Shown: piece after piece, positions 1 to 9,910 of the stretch | How positions within the stretch are numbered: the first letter of the stretch is position 1 | Layout of the letters: the number at the start of each line of letters is the position of its first letter | NCBI GenBank assembly: GCA_051859245.1 | Contig: JBHYGA010000004.1 | Coordinates: forward strand, 128,001-192,000 | From: Gemmatimonadaceae bacterium | GTDB taxonomy: Bacteria > Gemmatimonadota > Gemmatimonadetes > Gemmatimonadales > Gemmatimonadaceae | Direction: 5' to 3' | DNA: 64,000 nucleotides | Notes under the pieces: generated by a model | Databases searched by the model: none | The model's input: only the letters and a program-made list of their open reading frames with translations | What the model was told of the DNA's origin: nothing | Program-made: the position numbers and the translations under genes

Positions 1-1506
1 GCGACGGCCGAACAGCTGGATCCGTCCTGCGCCATGTGCGCGTGGGGCGTCGCGTGGATGCTGCGCACCGAAGCCATGGCGCGGCAGCTGGACCATGAAA
101 GCGCGCTCGTTCGCACCGGCCTCCCGGCACCACCATCCGATTGGGCAGACACGATCGCCGGGAGCGAAGAACGCGCGGGTGATGTTCGCGAAGCGCTCGC
201 GCACGACGCGTTGCTTCGCGCGCAGCGTCGAATGCGTCGTCTCGCACCGCGCGAAGCCGCGCTCATTCGTGTCACCGCTGAATCGTTCGCACCCGGCGTA
301 CGTCGTGCCGAAGCATGGCACGGTTATGCCACCGCATTGGCGCAACTCGCCGAAACGTTTCCCGACGATGACGAGCTGCGCGTACTCCACGCGGAGGCGC
401 GGCTGCTGGCGCGCGGCAGTGCGTTGTGGCCACTGTCATCACGAGCAAACGTACGGATGTCCAGCAGCCTCGGATCCGACCTGCGAATAGTGCAGCAGGA
501 TCTGGAACGCGTACTGGCACGCTCGCCGTCCCACCCTGGCGCATGCTTGCTCACGGTGCACCTGCACTACTGGCTGTCTCCCGAACGCGCAGTCGACTGC
601 TCAGAACGACTGGTTGAACACACGCCCCGACTCGCGCGCGCCACGCTGTTGCAGAACAACCTGTACATCCGCACGGGACGGTATCGCGAAGCAGTACGCG
701 CGGGGGAACGTGCGCTCCAGGCCGTCGCCGGAAGCTGGGGTGATGCCGCCTCGTTTGCGCTGCTGCGCGAAGACGCGCAGACACGGGCCGCGATGCTGCA
801 CACGCACGCGTACGCGGCCATGATGAGTGGCCAGAAGCGCGTGGCCGTGGCGTCTGCGCGCGACGCAGCGCGCATTGCGGCAAGTCTGTCGCGTGAAGAA
901 CAGTGGTGCGAATCGTCGTTGGTGCTCACCACCACAACGTTGGCTGCCTTCGGTGATTGGAACGCGGTGCTCGCTGAACCGATTCCGGCATCGTCAACAC
1001 CCTTTGCACGCGCGTTGGCGATGTATGCACGTGGCGTGGCCTTTGCCGCGAGACGCCGCACCTACGACGCCGAACTTTCATTGGGCGCACTACGCGATCT
1101 CGCACGCAGAGTGCCCACCACGCTGCAACGCGACATTATTCGCCTCGCCGATCACGCGCTCCAGGGCGAAATCGCACTTCGCCTCGCACGTCCAAGCCTG
1201 GCCGTCACCTACTTTGAGCGCGCCGCTGTGATGCAGGATCAGTTGGCCCCACATGCAGCCCTCGTGTGGCCATACCCTGTTCGCCAGGCACTCGGCATGG
1301 CACTGCTTGCCGCCGGTCGTGCCGCCGACGCTGAACGTACGTACCTGGATGATCTCTCGCAGCATCCGGACAACGGATGGTCGTTGCTTGGCCTTTCTTT
1401 CTCACTGCACGCGCAACGTCGCACCGATGAAGCACGACGGGTGCACGAGCGTTTCGCCACAGCGTTCGCCGATACCGACGTTACGATTCCCGGTTCGCGC
1501 TACTAG
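1..1506 (+). CDS. TPR-repeat protein (5' end outside window)
   Basis: Frame is open from base 1 (ATAEQLDPSCAMCAWGVAW). Helical Ala/Leu-rich TPR-like repeats, e.g. PVRQALGMALLAAGRAADAERTY..HPDNGWSLLGL. Confidence 0.75.
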   Translation, partial: ATAEQLDPSCAMCAWGVAWMLRTEAMARQLDHESALVRTGLPAPPSDWADTIAGSEERAGDVREALAHDALLRAQRRMRRLAPREAALIRVTAESFAPGVRRAEAWHGYATALAQLAETFPDDDELRVLHAEARLLARGSALWPLSSRANVRMSSSLGSDLRIVQQDLERVLARSPSHPGACLLTVHLHYWLSPERAVDCSERLVEHTPRLARATLLQNNLYIRTGRYREAVRAGERALQAVAGSWGDAASFALLREDAQTRAAMLHTHAYAAMMSGQKRVAVASARDAARIAASLSREEQWCESSLVLTTTTLAAFGDWNAVLAEPIPASSTPFARALAMYARGVAFAARRRTYDAELSLGALRDLARRVPTTLQRDIIRLADHALQGEIALRLARPSLAVTYFERAAVMQDQLAPHAALVWPYPVRQALGMALLAAGRAADAERTYLDDLSQHPDNGWSLLGLSFSLHAQRRTDEARRVHERFATAFADTDVTIPGSRY

Positions 1507-3398
1507 CCCTGCGCGGCACGCTGCGCCGCCTCGGAACGCAGTGTCGCATCATCCCATGCCTCGTCGCGCAATGGTTCGGCATTCGGACCGAACTCACGCT
1601 GCAGGTCGTCTTCGAGAGCGCGAATATCGCCGCGAAGCCGATCCACATACGTGGACATTTCAAGTCGCGTGGCCGCAAGGTTGCGCACAATCAGTTCGTC
1701 CTGACGGCGAAACGACTGCGCCAGCCGATGCGCGTGATGACGCGGTGTTCCGAGCACCGCTAGCGCATCCCGCCCCAGACGAAGCGCGGTGTCCGTCGTA
1801 TCACGATAGACATCATCGATACCGGCCTGCAACAGCTCAAAGGTCCCGGAGCGACTCACCGCGCGAGCAAGCACTCGAACCCTTGGATATCGCTCACGCA
1901 CCACTTTCGCGAGCGTGAGTGTTTTTTCATCGTCACCAAGCGCAATGATCAGCAGGCGCGCGCGTTCTATGCCGGCCGAGTGCAACAGCTCGAGACGCGA
2001 GGCATCGCCGTAGTACACATCCAGACCAAGTCGCCGTAACAACTCCACGCGATCGGAGTCACTTTCGAGCACGACTGGGCGAATTCCCTGTGAGCGAAGC
2101 AACCGGCCGATGGTGCTACCGAACTGTCCGAAACCGGCGATGATCACGGCGGACTCATCGTGAATCTCGTCGGCGGCACGCGACACAGCACGCGGTGTGC
2201 CAATGCGTGGGACAATCAGACGCTCGTACGCCAACAACATGATCGGCGTGGTCGCCATCGACAGTGCAATCGCAGCAACGAGTACGCTTGCCACGGGCGC
2301 CGGCAGCACCGCGTTCTGACTGGCGTACGAGAGCAGCACAAAGCCAAACTCGCCGCCCTGCGCCAACGCTACCGTAAACAACAGATTCTGGTCGAGTCCC
2401 ATACGGAACACCCGACCAAGCACAAACAACACCAGCGCCTTGCAGAGCACGAGCGCCGCCACCAGGGCACCAACCGTCATGGCCTGTTCGCGAACGAGCG
2501 CAAAATCAATACTTGCACCAACCGCCAGAAAAAACAGACCGAGCAGCAAACCCTTGAAGGGCTCGATATCGCTCTCGAGCTCATGGCGGAACTCACTCGT
2601 GGCCAGCACCACGCCGGCCAGAAACGTGCCGAGCGCCGGACTCAAGCCTACGAGCTGCATCAGAAGCGCAATGCCGATCACAAGCAGCAAAGCGGCCGCC
2701 GTAAATACCTCACGCAACCGTGTGCGAGCGAGGAAGCGGAACATTGGCTGCACAACCAGCCGTCCGCCCAGCACCACACCGGCAACCGCTCCCAGCACCG
2801 CGATCGCGCGTAACCATGCGGGCGCGGAATCAATCCATCCAGCGTGCGCGCCATCCACCGTGGGGGGCACCACACCCGGTGCGGCGAGCAGCGGCAAGAG
2901 CGCAAGCATGGGAATCACGGCCAGATCCTGGAACAGCAGTACCGCAAACGCCCGCTGACCAGCGTCACTTTTCATATGTCCGCGTTCAGTCAACGACTGC
3001 AACACAATCGCCGTGGAGGACAGTGACAGGATCAGTCCGATTGCCACCGCACTTTGCCATGACTGTTCAATGCTGAGCGCAATGCCAACGGCCACCGCGG
3101 TGGTACCAACCACTTGCAGCCCGCCCATACCGAGCAGCGTACCACGCAATCGCCACAACAGCGAGGGCTGCAGCTCAAGACCAATCACAAACAGCATCAT
3201 CACCACGCCAAACTCGGCGAAGTGCAATAGATCCTGGGTGTCGTTGCCAATCAGCGCCAGTCCGAACGGACCAATGGCAACACCAGCCAGCAGATATCCC
3301 AACACGCTGCCAAGCCCGAGCCGAGAGGCAATAGGCACGACCACGACGGCTGCGGCCAGAAACACGAACGCCTGAAAGAGCAATCCGCCGTCGCTCAT
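1503..3398 (-). CDS. kefC: Kef-type K+/H+ antiporter, CPA2 family (KefB/KefC-like)
   Basis: Multi-TM N-terminus (LGLGSVLGYL, FAEFGVVMMLFVIGLEL), regulatory loop HELESDIEPFKG, C-terminal KTN domain IIAGFGQFG. KefB versus KefC cannot be resolved. Confidence 0.9.
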   Translation of the reverse strand: MSDGGLLFQAFVFLAAAVVVVPIASRLGLGSVLGYLLAGVAIGPFGLALIGNDTQDLLHFAEFGVVMMLFVIGLELQPSLLWRLRGTLLGMGGLQVVGTTAVAVGIALSIEQSWQSAVAIGLILSLSSTAIVLQSLTERGHMKSDAGQRAFAVLLFQDLAVIPMLALLPLLAAPGVVPPTVDGAHAGWIDSAPAWLRAIAVLGAVAGVVLGGRLVVQPMFRFLARTRLREVFTAAALLLVIGIALLMQLVGLSPALGTFLAGVVLATSEFRHELESDIEPFKGLLLGLFFLAVGASIDFALVREQAMTVGALVAALVLCKALVLFVLGRVFRMGLDQNLLFTVALAQGGEFGFVLLSYASQNAVLPAPVASVLVAAIALSMATTPIMLLAYERLIVPRIGTPRAVSRAADEIHDESAVIIAGFGQFGSTIGRLLRSQGIRPVVLESDSDRVELLRRLGLDVYYGDASRLELLHSAGIERARLLIIALGDDEKTLTLAKVVRERYPRVRVLARAVSRSGTFELLQAGIDDVYRDTTDTALRLGRDALAVLGTPRHHAHRLAQSFRRQDELIVRNLAATRLEMSTYVDRLRGDIRALEDDLQREFGPNAEPLRDEAWDDATLRSEAAQRAAQG

Positions 3399-4039
3399 GG
3401 TGAGTCTCCGAGTGCGACGCTGAAATCCGCGTTGATGCGCGTCAATGTCTCGGCCGCGTCAAAGCGTACGTGTCCGTCGCGCAACGCACGCAACAGGCGT
3501 CCATAGTCTGCTGCGGCATGTGCCAGATCCACATCGGATAACACGTGCGTTCCGTGCACAACAAATGGCGGCAGCCAGCGCATGCCGCACAGTTGCGCGG
3601 TTTGCTGCAGCGGCGCGAGCAACTGCTGCACCGTATGTCGGTTGCGCCCACTTTCCTGATAGGCCTGCTCACCACCGCCAGCGCTGACGGCATGACACCA
3701 TACCTTGCCCTGCAACGCGTGGCCCGTGCGCCCGTAGGCCCAGCCGTGCTCGAGCACCAGATCCTGCCATTGTTTCACGAGTGGTGGCGTGCTGTACCAA
3801 TAGAACGGGTGCTGCCACACGACCACATCATGCGCGAGCAGCAGCTCCTGCTCCCGCTTGATGTTGACATCAAAATCCGGGTACGCGTCGTACAGATCAT
3901 GCACCGTGATGTGGTCAACCGCATGCGCAGCGGCAAGCAGCGCGTGGTGCACGCGCGAATGGTGCGCCGCTGGATGCGCGAACAGCACCAGCACACGCTG
4001 CGTTGCATCAGGTGAACGCTTGCGCGCGACGTCGTTCAC
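3395..4039 (-). CDS. kefG: Kef ancillary flavodoxin-fold NAD(P)H oxidoreductase (KefF/KefG-like)
   Basis: VLVLFAHP, DLYDAYPDF, WQHPFYWYSTPPLVKQWQDLVL motifs. 4-nt overlap with the kef gene. Start set at the GTG at 4039, just after the upstream stop. Confidence 0.88.
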   Translation of the reverse strand: MNDVARKRSPDATQRVLVLFAHPAAHHSRVHHALLAAAHAVDHITVHDLYDAYPDFDVNIKREQELLLAHDVVVWQHPFYWYSTPPLVKQWQDLVLEHGWAYGRTGHALQGKVWCHAVSAGGGEQAYQESGRNRHTVQQLLAPLQQTAQLCGMRWLPPFVVHGTHVLSDVDLAHAAADYGRLLRALRDGHVRFDAAETLTRINADFSVALGDSP

Positions 4040-4041
4040 AA

Positions 4042-4890
4042 TCAGGCACCCAGTTTGGCAGCACAACGCCGACAATAGAGGGCGTCGGCGCGGTGCCCTT
4101 CGGCGCCGCAGTCGGGACACGCGGTATTCGTCACAGGCTCACGCGCGGTACGGGTGAGCTCCGATGTCACGATGCCGGTTGGCACTGCAATCACGCCGTA
4201 TCCCAGCAGCATCACGAGCACCGCGAGAAAGCGACCAAGCGGCGTAATCGGCGCCACATCACCGTAGCCCACCGTCGTCAGCGTCACAACCGCCCAGTAC
4301 ACCGAGGTTGGGATATCAGTGAATCCACTCGCCGGACCTTCTACGAGATGCATGAGTGCGCCAACAATCACCACGACCGTACTGACCGTGAATAAGAAAA
4401 TGGTGATCTTGCGACGACTCGCAATCATGGCTTGCCACAGCTCTGACGATTCCGCGAGATACGCTGACAGCTTCAGAATGCGAAACACACGCAACATGCG
4501 GAGAATCCGCACCACCGCGAGCCCCTGCGCACCTGGAACAATCAGGCTCAGGTAGGTGGGCAGAATGGCGAGCAGATCCACCATGCCGTAGAAGCTGCGC
4601 ACGTAACGCCACGGCTTCCGCACGGCGAACAATCGCAACACGAACTCGCACGTAAACAGCAGCGTGAACGCCCACTCCAGCAGGTAGAACGTGCGGAAGT
4701 GTTCAGCCTGCACCGCTTGTACGCTTTCAATGAGTAAAACGGCGACGCTGGCCAGAATACTCACGAGCAGCACGAGATCGAACGTGCGGCCAGCGCTCGT
4801 GTCCGCTTCGAAAATGATGTCGTGCAGGCGCCGTCGCCACGGCGCAATCGGGTATTGCGGGTCCTGATCGTGCGGCAAGTGCTCCGTCAT
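4042..4890 (-). CDS. 6-TM potassium channel (ion transporter family) with C-terminal CxxC..CxxC
   Basis: Selectivity filter TTVGYGD, S4-like RILRMLRVFRILKL, C-terminal CPDC..CRRC. Confidence 0.92.
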   Translation of the reverse strand: MTEHLPHDQDPQYPIAPWRRRLHDIIFEADTSAGRTFDLVLLVSILASVAVLLIESVQAVQAEHFRTFYLLEWAFTLLFTCEFVLRLFAVRKPWRYVRSFYGMVDLLAILPTYLSLIVPGAQGLAVVRILRMLRVFRILKLSAYLAESSELWQAMIASRRKITIFLFTVSTVVVIVGALMHLVEGPASGFTDIPTSVYWAVVTLTTVGYGDVAPITPLGRFLAVLVMLLGYGVIAVPTGIVTSELTRTAREPVTNTACPDCGAEGHRADALYCRRCAAKLGA

Positions 4891-4912
4891 CGCGTGCAAT
4901 ACCCCAGGCGAT

Positions 4913-5419
4913 CTAGGTGAACAGTGGCGCTACAGCAACGGCATCGATGGAGCGAGCATCGCCCGTTACCACTCGCCGATGTGTATCCAACTGTCCGAGA
5001 TGGTAACCGAGATGCACGGCGAGGTGCAGCAAGAAAATCCGCGTGTCTGGATGTCGCCCGCCGAGCGCAACGGGAAATGGAGCATCAAGCTGAGCCGGTT
5101 CGCAGGTCGCGAACGCTTGCTGAACTTCCGCGATCGTCGCATCAACGAGAGCGCGCAACTCCTCGCGGGGAACGTCGCGACGAGAGAACTCGACATCACG
5201 CTCACGTATGTACCCGCTGTGCCCCAGCGCGGCGCCAATAAACCCTCGCAAATTGCCGGCCAGATGCAGCACCAGCGTACCACCGCAGTTGCTCATGCCC
5301 GGTACCGTGCGCCACGGCCCTTCGTCATCGTTGTACGCGTCGATTTCCCGCCCAACGGCCTGCAAGTCGCGCACAAAGATGCGGACGAGATCATCGAGTA
5401 GCGCGCGTGACGCATCCAT
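4913..5419 (-). CDS. DinB/DUF1572 superfamily protein (putative thiol S-transferase fold)
   Basis: SNCGGTLVLHLAGN and LLHLAVHLGYHLGQL His-triad motifs. Confidence 0.8.
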   Translation of the reverse strand: MDASRALLDDLVRIFVRDLQAVGREIDAYNDDEGPWRTVPGMSNCGGTLVLHLAGNLRGFIGAALGHSGYIRERDVEFSRRDVPREELRALVDATIAEVQQAFATCEPAQLDAPFPVALGGRHPDTRIFLLHLAVHLGYHLGQLDTHRRVVTGDARSIDAVAVAPLFT

Positions 5420-5421
5420 GT

Positions 5422-5622
5422 TCAGCTCGTTCGCGGCGGATACATCGCCTCATCGAGCGGCGCCGCTTCGTCAACCAGCATGATCGGAATCCCGTCGTGC
5501 ACCGAATACACGAGCTTCGATTCGCGGCACACCAGCACTTCCGGCGGGCCAGGGTAGTACTCAAGCGGCGCCTTGCTTTTCGGGCAAACCAGCAGCGCCA
5601 ATAAATCCGGGGACAGCGTCAC
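5422..5622 (-). CDS. Trm112/YcaR family protein
   Basis: LLALLVCPKSKAPL...LVCRESKLVYSVHDGIPIMLVDEA. GGAG RBS before the GTG at 5622. Confidence 0.88.
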   Translation of the reverse strand: MTLSPDLLALLVCPKSKAPLEYYPGPPEVLVCRESKLVYSVHDGIPIMLVDEAAPLDEAMYPPRTS

Positions 5623-5696
5623 AGTGTTCTCCAGGAGACAGTCAAACAACCTGACGCAATCTGATGGCAGGCACCGCTCAGCCGCCACCTCACGCC

Positions 5697-6689
5697 TCAT
5701 GAACCTCGCCGCGGCAACGCCAGGGGCACAGAGAGAGCGTCAATCCAGTCGCCGTACGTCGCGAGCGCCTGTTGCCGTGCGGCCGCGCGCGAGAGAAACA
5801 CATCATGCACGGCCTGCGCGATCGGAACCTCCGTGACCGAACGACCAAGTTGTGGCACCGCGCGGTGCATCTGCTCGACATTCAGCACGCCATCGCACAC
5901 ATGCATGCGATCGTCCCAACCACGCACTTTGAGGGATTCTGCACTGCGCAGCAACAGTACCGGAACGCCGATAGCGAGCCCTTTCGCCACCTGCGCGTGG
6001 CCCGCACGCACCGCACGCATCCAGCCCGCGTAGGCAGGAAATCCGCGTTCCGGCTTCCAGCGCAAATCAAACGTCCATTCGCCGCGAAAATCGCGGTGCA
6101 GACTCTGCACATACGCCGGCGAGAGCACGCCAGGAATCGGCAAGGTGGTGAGCACGCGGCCGATGGTCGTAACCGCAAGCAGCGCGGCGCGCTCCAGCAC
6201 ACTCGCGTTGAAGTCCATGAACGGACTGTTCAACACCAAGGCCTGCACGCGATCGCGCGATGCGCCGTTGTGCATGTACAGCGCAGCGGCGAGGCCGCCG
6301 GTGGAGTGACCGGTGAGGCACAGGAGCCGGTGGCCCGGCTGCGACGTGATCACGGCAATCGCAAGCGTGATTTCCTGATCATACTCGCGCAGGTCACGCA
6401 CAAAGTACGGTCGATTGCCCGCGCGCAGTGAGCGGCCGGAACGCCGCAGATCCAGCGCGTACACATCCCACCCGCGCGCGTTCAGAAAGTGTGCGACGTG
6501 CGCGTGAAAGAAGTAGTCCACAAAACCGTGCACGTGCAGCACCGCACGACCATTGCCGTTTCGCGCGCGCTTTCGTACCAGCGTGGCGACCAGCGTACCA
6601 TCGTCTGCGCTGGGCAGCGGCATCGTCACGGCTTCGAATCCGGCGAGCACCGGATCCAGCACCCAGCTCACGATTGGCGCGTCGCTCAC
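5697..6689 (-). CDS. Alpha/beta hydrolase (lysophospholipase-like)
   Basis: HVHGFVDYFF, ALDLRRSGRS, nucleophile GHSTGG, HDVFLS. GTG start overlaps the mogA stop. Confidence 0.85.
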   Translation of the reverse strand: MSDAPIVSWVLDPVLAGFEAVTMPLPSADDGTLVATLVRKRARNGNGRAVLHVHGFVDYFFHAHVAHFLNARGWDVYALDLRRSGRSLRAGNRPYFVRDLREYDQEITLAIAVITSQPGHRLLCLTGHSTGGLAAALYMHNGASRDRVQALVLNSPFMDFNASVLERAALLAVTTIGRVLTTLPIPGVLSPAYVQSLHRDFRGEWTFDLRWKPERGFPAYAGWMRAVRAGHAQVAKGLAIGVPVLLLRSAESLKVRGWDDRMHVCDGVLNVEQMHRAVPQLGRSVTEVPIAQAVHDVFLSRAAARQQALATYGDWIDALSVPLALPRRGS

Positions 6690-7261
6690 GCGGTCGCGGT
6701 CCCGCTCTCCGCGCGCGGCCCACGCACCGGGGCGCGGTCCGAGTTGGTAAAGGTTGATCCGCCAAGTAGGCGCAACGCGGGGGCAACGCCCGCCCAGATC
6801 GCAGACAGACACACTTCGATCGACGCCGGTTTGCCTGGCAGGTTCACAATCAGCGACGTGCCGCGTGACCCGGCCACTTGTCGCGAAAGAATCGCCGTAG
6901 GAACCGTACGCAGTGATTCCGTTCGCATCGCTTCACCAAAGCCGGGAAACAGCCGCTCGCACACCGCCATGGTTGCATCCGGTGTCACATCGCGAATCGC
7001 GGGTCCGGTGCCACCCGTGGTGATGATCAATCGACACTGATGCCAGTCGGCAAGCTCCAACAACGTGGCTTCCACCATGGCGCGATCGTCTGGAATACAC
7101 CGGTACATTTCGGTAAAGGGCGACGCGATCCAGCGTGACAACACATCACGGATGGCCGCCCCCGAGAGATCCTCGTACGTGCCAGCTGCCGCGCGATCAG
7201 AGACCGTCACAATACCAATGCGCATCGAATCAACGGGGACCTGTTCCATCACCGCGCTCAC
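6686..7261 (-). CDS. mogA: Molybdopterin adenylyltransferase MogA
   Basis: GIVTVSDRAAAGTYEDLSG, TTGGTGPAIRDVTPDAT, PTAILSRQVAG, NLPGKP. Confidence 0.92.
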   Translation of the reverse strand: MSAVMEQVPVDSMRIGIVTVSDRAAAGTYEDLSGAAIRDVLSRWIASPFTEMYRCIPDDRAMVEATLLELADWHQCRLIITTGGTGPAIRDVTPDATMAVCERLFPGFGEAMRTESLRTVPTAILSRQVAGSRGTSLIVNLPGKPASIEVCLSAIWAGVAPALRLLGGSTFTNSDRAPVRGPRAESGTATA

Positions 7262-7443
7262 CCGTTGGCGCGACGAGAAAAAAACATGGCCAGCCCGACA
7301 TCACTCACGGCCACAAACATGATCATGGCACCGACTACGTAGTTCTGTCGTGCCGCCATGAAGTACACACCGAGCAACGCGAGCAACAACGCGGAGCCGA
7401 GCAACATGAGGGAGAGCATGCGAAATCGCGGGTTCGACATCAT
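7258..7443 (-). CDS. Small two-TM membrane protein
   Basis: MMSNPRFRMLSLMLLGSALLLALLGVYF... has two hydrophobic helices. Stop overlaps the mogA start. Confidence 0.6.
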   Translation of the reverse strand: MMSNPRFRMLSLMLLGSALLLALLGVYFMAARQNYVVGAMIMFVAVSDVGLAMFFSRRANG

Positions 7444-7495
7444 GCAGTCGGGTGTGCGGTGAAGGGCGTGGACGCCTCGCACCGCGAGGCAATGA

Positions 7496-9832
7496 TCAGA
7501 GATGTCCGACGCTGAATCGCAACTGCACGCTGCGACCCGGAGCATCGGCAAACTCCTTGTAGCGACTAAGGAACGGACGATACCGCTGATTCGTCAGGTT
7601 CCGAACGACCACATCAACATGCACGGGTCCGCGCGCGGTGGCGAGCGCTACACCGGAACTCGCGTGCCACAACGTGAACCCCGACGGGGCGATATCAATC
7701 GGATCCAGACGTGACTGCGTCGCATGCGACTCGCCGTGGAGCCGAACATACGGCAAGGCAGACCCCGGCAGCCATCCGCCACGCTGGCGCCCCGGATCCG
7801 TGATGCGCACCCCCCACGTGGCGCGTGCTGGCGGCACGAACGTGAGCGGGATGCCGGCCGACCGATTGTCACCGAGCGTCAGGTCCGCGCCAGCGTCGAG
7901 CGTGAGCCAGCGCGTGGGCTGCACCGTGGCGGCCACCTCGCCGCCGCGCAGCCAGGCGTTGCCCTGCACGACCTCCAGCGAATCAAACACGCGGCCAGTG
8001 GTGGCAAACGGACGCAGATAGATGTAGTTCCGCACCTGGTTCGAGTAGACACCCGCATCGAGCGTGAACGAACGCTGACGCACGCGCACACCAACATCTG
8101 CATTGAGCGACGTTTCCAGATCGAGCTGCAGATTACCGCGTTCGTAGGCCCGCGTGCCTTCATGGAATCCGTTCGCAAACAGTTCGTTGTACCACGGCGA
8201 ACGGAAGCCGCGCGCCACCGCAACCACGAGTGCGACATCGTCTCGCAGCGCGTAGGTCGCGCCGAGGTTGCCGCTCCACGTATTCCACGTGCGACGCGTT
8301 GGTTCGAGCGCGAGGACCGCATCTCGCTCGGCCGCGACCGTGCGTGAATCCCATCGCGCACCAACACTCAGTGTGAGTTTGCCGAGCGTCGCCTGCTCGT
8401 AGCCGTAGAGCGCAAGGTTGTTCGCTGAGGCATTCGGAATAAGCGTGCTGGTTCCGGATTTTCTGAACGACTGTCCCATCGCGGCGACACCCAGCATGCC
8501 TTGCCATTCACCACCAAATGCGTTGCGCACTTCGGGCAACCAATGCGCGGTGAGCGTGCCAGTGTGCGCGGTCAGGCCGAGCACATGGTCGTCTGCGTCG
8601 ACGGCGTCAAACTCACGCCGCACATTGCGCTCGCCCGCCAGATCAAGCTCCACGCGACCGTCGCGTACCGGCACACGCCATTCGAGTTTGGCCCGATCAC
8701 TCACAATGCGCTGATATCCTGAATAGCCGGGTGCCGCGATCGGATCGTCGTAGATTTCAATGCGTTCACTTCGGCGTGAAAGACGCGTGGACACACTGCC
8801 CCAGCGCCCTCGTACGCCAGCCGCGCCTTGCGCATTGAACGTTTCATTTTCGGTGTTGAGCAACGCGCCATCGGGCGTGCGCATGTCACCCATCGCCCGA
8901 CCCGTCATTGATGCGCGCCAGCCGAGCGAACCAGCGCCGCCTTCCAGCGTGACCGTGGCTTCAGGACCGCGCAGATTCGCGTCGTAGAGCGCCGCAACAC
9001 CGGTCGTCATGAACGGTGCGCGACCGGTGGCATCGGGCAGCGCACGCGCAATCACATTCACAACGCCACCCAGCGCGTCAGAACCGTACAACACACTCGC
9101 GGGTCCCTTGATGATCTCAATGCGTTCCGCATCGCGCGTTTCGAGATTCGGAGCGTGATCCGTTCCCCACTGCTGACTTTCCACGCGCTGTCCATTGTCG
9201 AGCGTGATCACGCGCTGCGACGACAGACCGCGAATCACCGGCTTGCCGATGCCCGTTGTCATGCTGATCGAACGAACGCCGGCCACCGGTTCAAGCGTCT
9301 CACCGAGCGATCGTCCCTGCGCCTCGCGCAGCGGTTCACCGCCCAGCGTGGCCATGGCTTGCGGCGCCGTGAGCGGAGTGGTCGCGCGCGGACTCGCGCT
9401 CACCTGCACCGCACTCAGCTCGACGCGGCCCTCGCGCAGCGTAATGCGCAATCGCTCCGGTGCACTGTCCACGCGAATCGTCTGCAAGGCCGGCGCGTAG
9501 CCAATGCGCATCACCGACAGTCGGTAACTGCCGGCCGGCACAGCGCCGAACACAAACCGGCCGTCCGCGCCAGTAATGATGTGTCGCTGCAGCTCCACGA
9601 GCTGCACGCGGGCGCCGGTAATGGGTGTGCCATTCTCCTCAAGCAGCACACCGCTCACGGTGCCGGGTGCGAGTACCGGCTGCTGGGCGGCCACGCCTGA
9701 CGGGATTGCGTGGGCCACACTGGCGAGCGCCGAAAGCGCCAGCGCCGAAAGCGCGAGCAGGCCGAAACCAGCCATCAGACCGACCACGAGCGGGCGGCGG
9801 CGACACGAGCGAACGAGTGGAGACAAAACCAT
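7496..9832 (-). CDS. TonB-dependent outer-membrane receptor with N-terminal carboxypeptidase-regulatory-like domain
   Basis: Signal peptide, plug motifs KPVIRGLSSQRV and IEIIKGPASVLYGSDALGGVVNVI, C-terminal NLTN..PGRSVQLRF. Confidence 0.92.
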   Translation of the reverse strand: MVLSPLVRSCRRRPLVVGLMAGFGLLALSALALSALASVAHAIPSGVAAQQPVLAPGTVSGVLLEENGTPITGARVQLVELQRHIITGADGRFVFGAVPAGSYRLSVMRIGYAPALQTIRVDSAPERLRITLREGRVELSAVQVSASPRATTPLTAPQAMATLGGEPLREAQGRSLGETLEPVAGVRSISMTTGIGKPVIRGLSSQRVITLDNGQRVESQQWGTDHAPNLETRDAERIEIIKGPASVLYGSDALGGVVNVIARALPDATGRAPFMTTGVAALYDANLRGPEATVTLEGGAGSLGWRASMTGRAMGDMRTPDGALLNTENETFNAQGAAGVRGRWGSVSTRLSRRSERIEIYDDPIAAPGYSGYQRIVSDRAKLEWRVPVRDGRVELDLAGERNVRREFDAVDADDHVLGLTAHTGTLTAHWLPEVRNAFGGEWQGMLGVAAMGQSFRKSGTSTLIPNASANNLALYGYEQATLGKLTLSVGARWDSRTVAAERDAVLALEPTRRTWNTWSGNLGATYALRDDVALVVAVARGFRSPWYNELFANGFHEGTRAYERGNLQLDLETSLNADVGVRVRQRSFTLDAGVYSNQVRNYIYLRPFATTGRVFDSLEVVQGNAWLRGGEVAATVQPTRWLTLDAGADLTLGDNRSAGIPLTFVPPARATWGVRITDPGRQRGGWLPGSALPYVRLHGESHATQSRLDPIDIAPSGFTLWHASSGVALATARGPVHVDVVVRNLTNQRYRPFLSRYKEFADAPGRSVQLRFSVGHL

Positions 9833-9833
9833 G

Positions 9834-9883
9834 GATGAGTGTTTCCTAGAAGGTTATTTAGGATACACTAAATCACCCGCGCG
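9834..9883. promoter_or_regulatory. Candidate DtxR/MntR-family metal-repressor boxes upstream of the TonB receptor
   Basis: Palindrome ATTTAG-GATACA-CTAAAT (9866-9883) plus a degenerate copy GATGAG-TGTTTC-CTAGAA (9834-9851), 32 bp apart in an AT-rich patch. Confidence 0.6.
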
Positions 9884-9910
9884 CCTCGGGCAAGTCCCGG
9901 CCCCGCCAGC

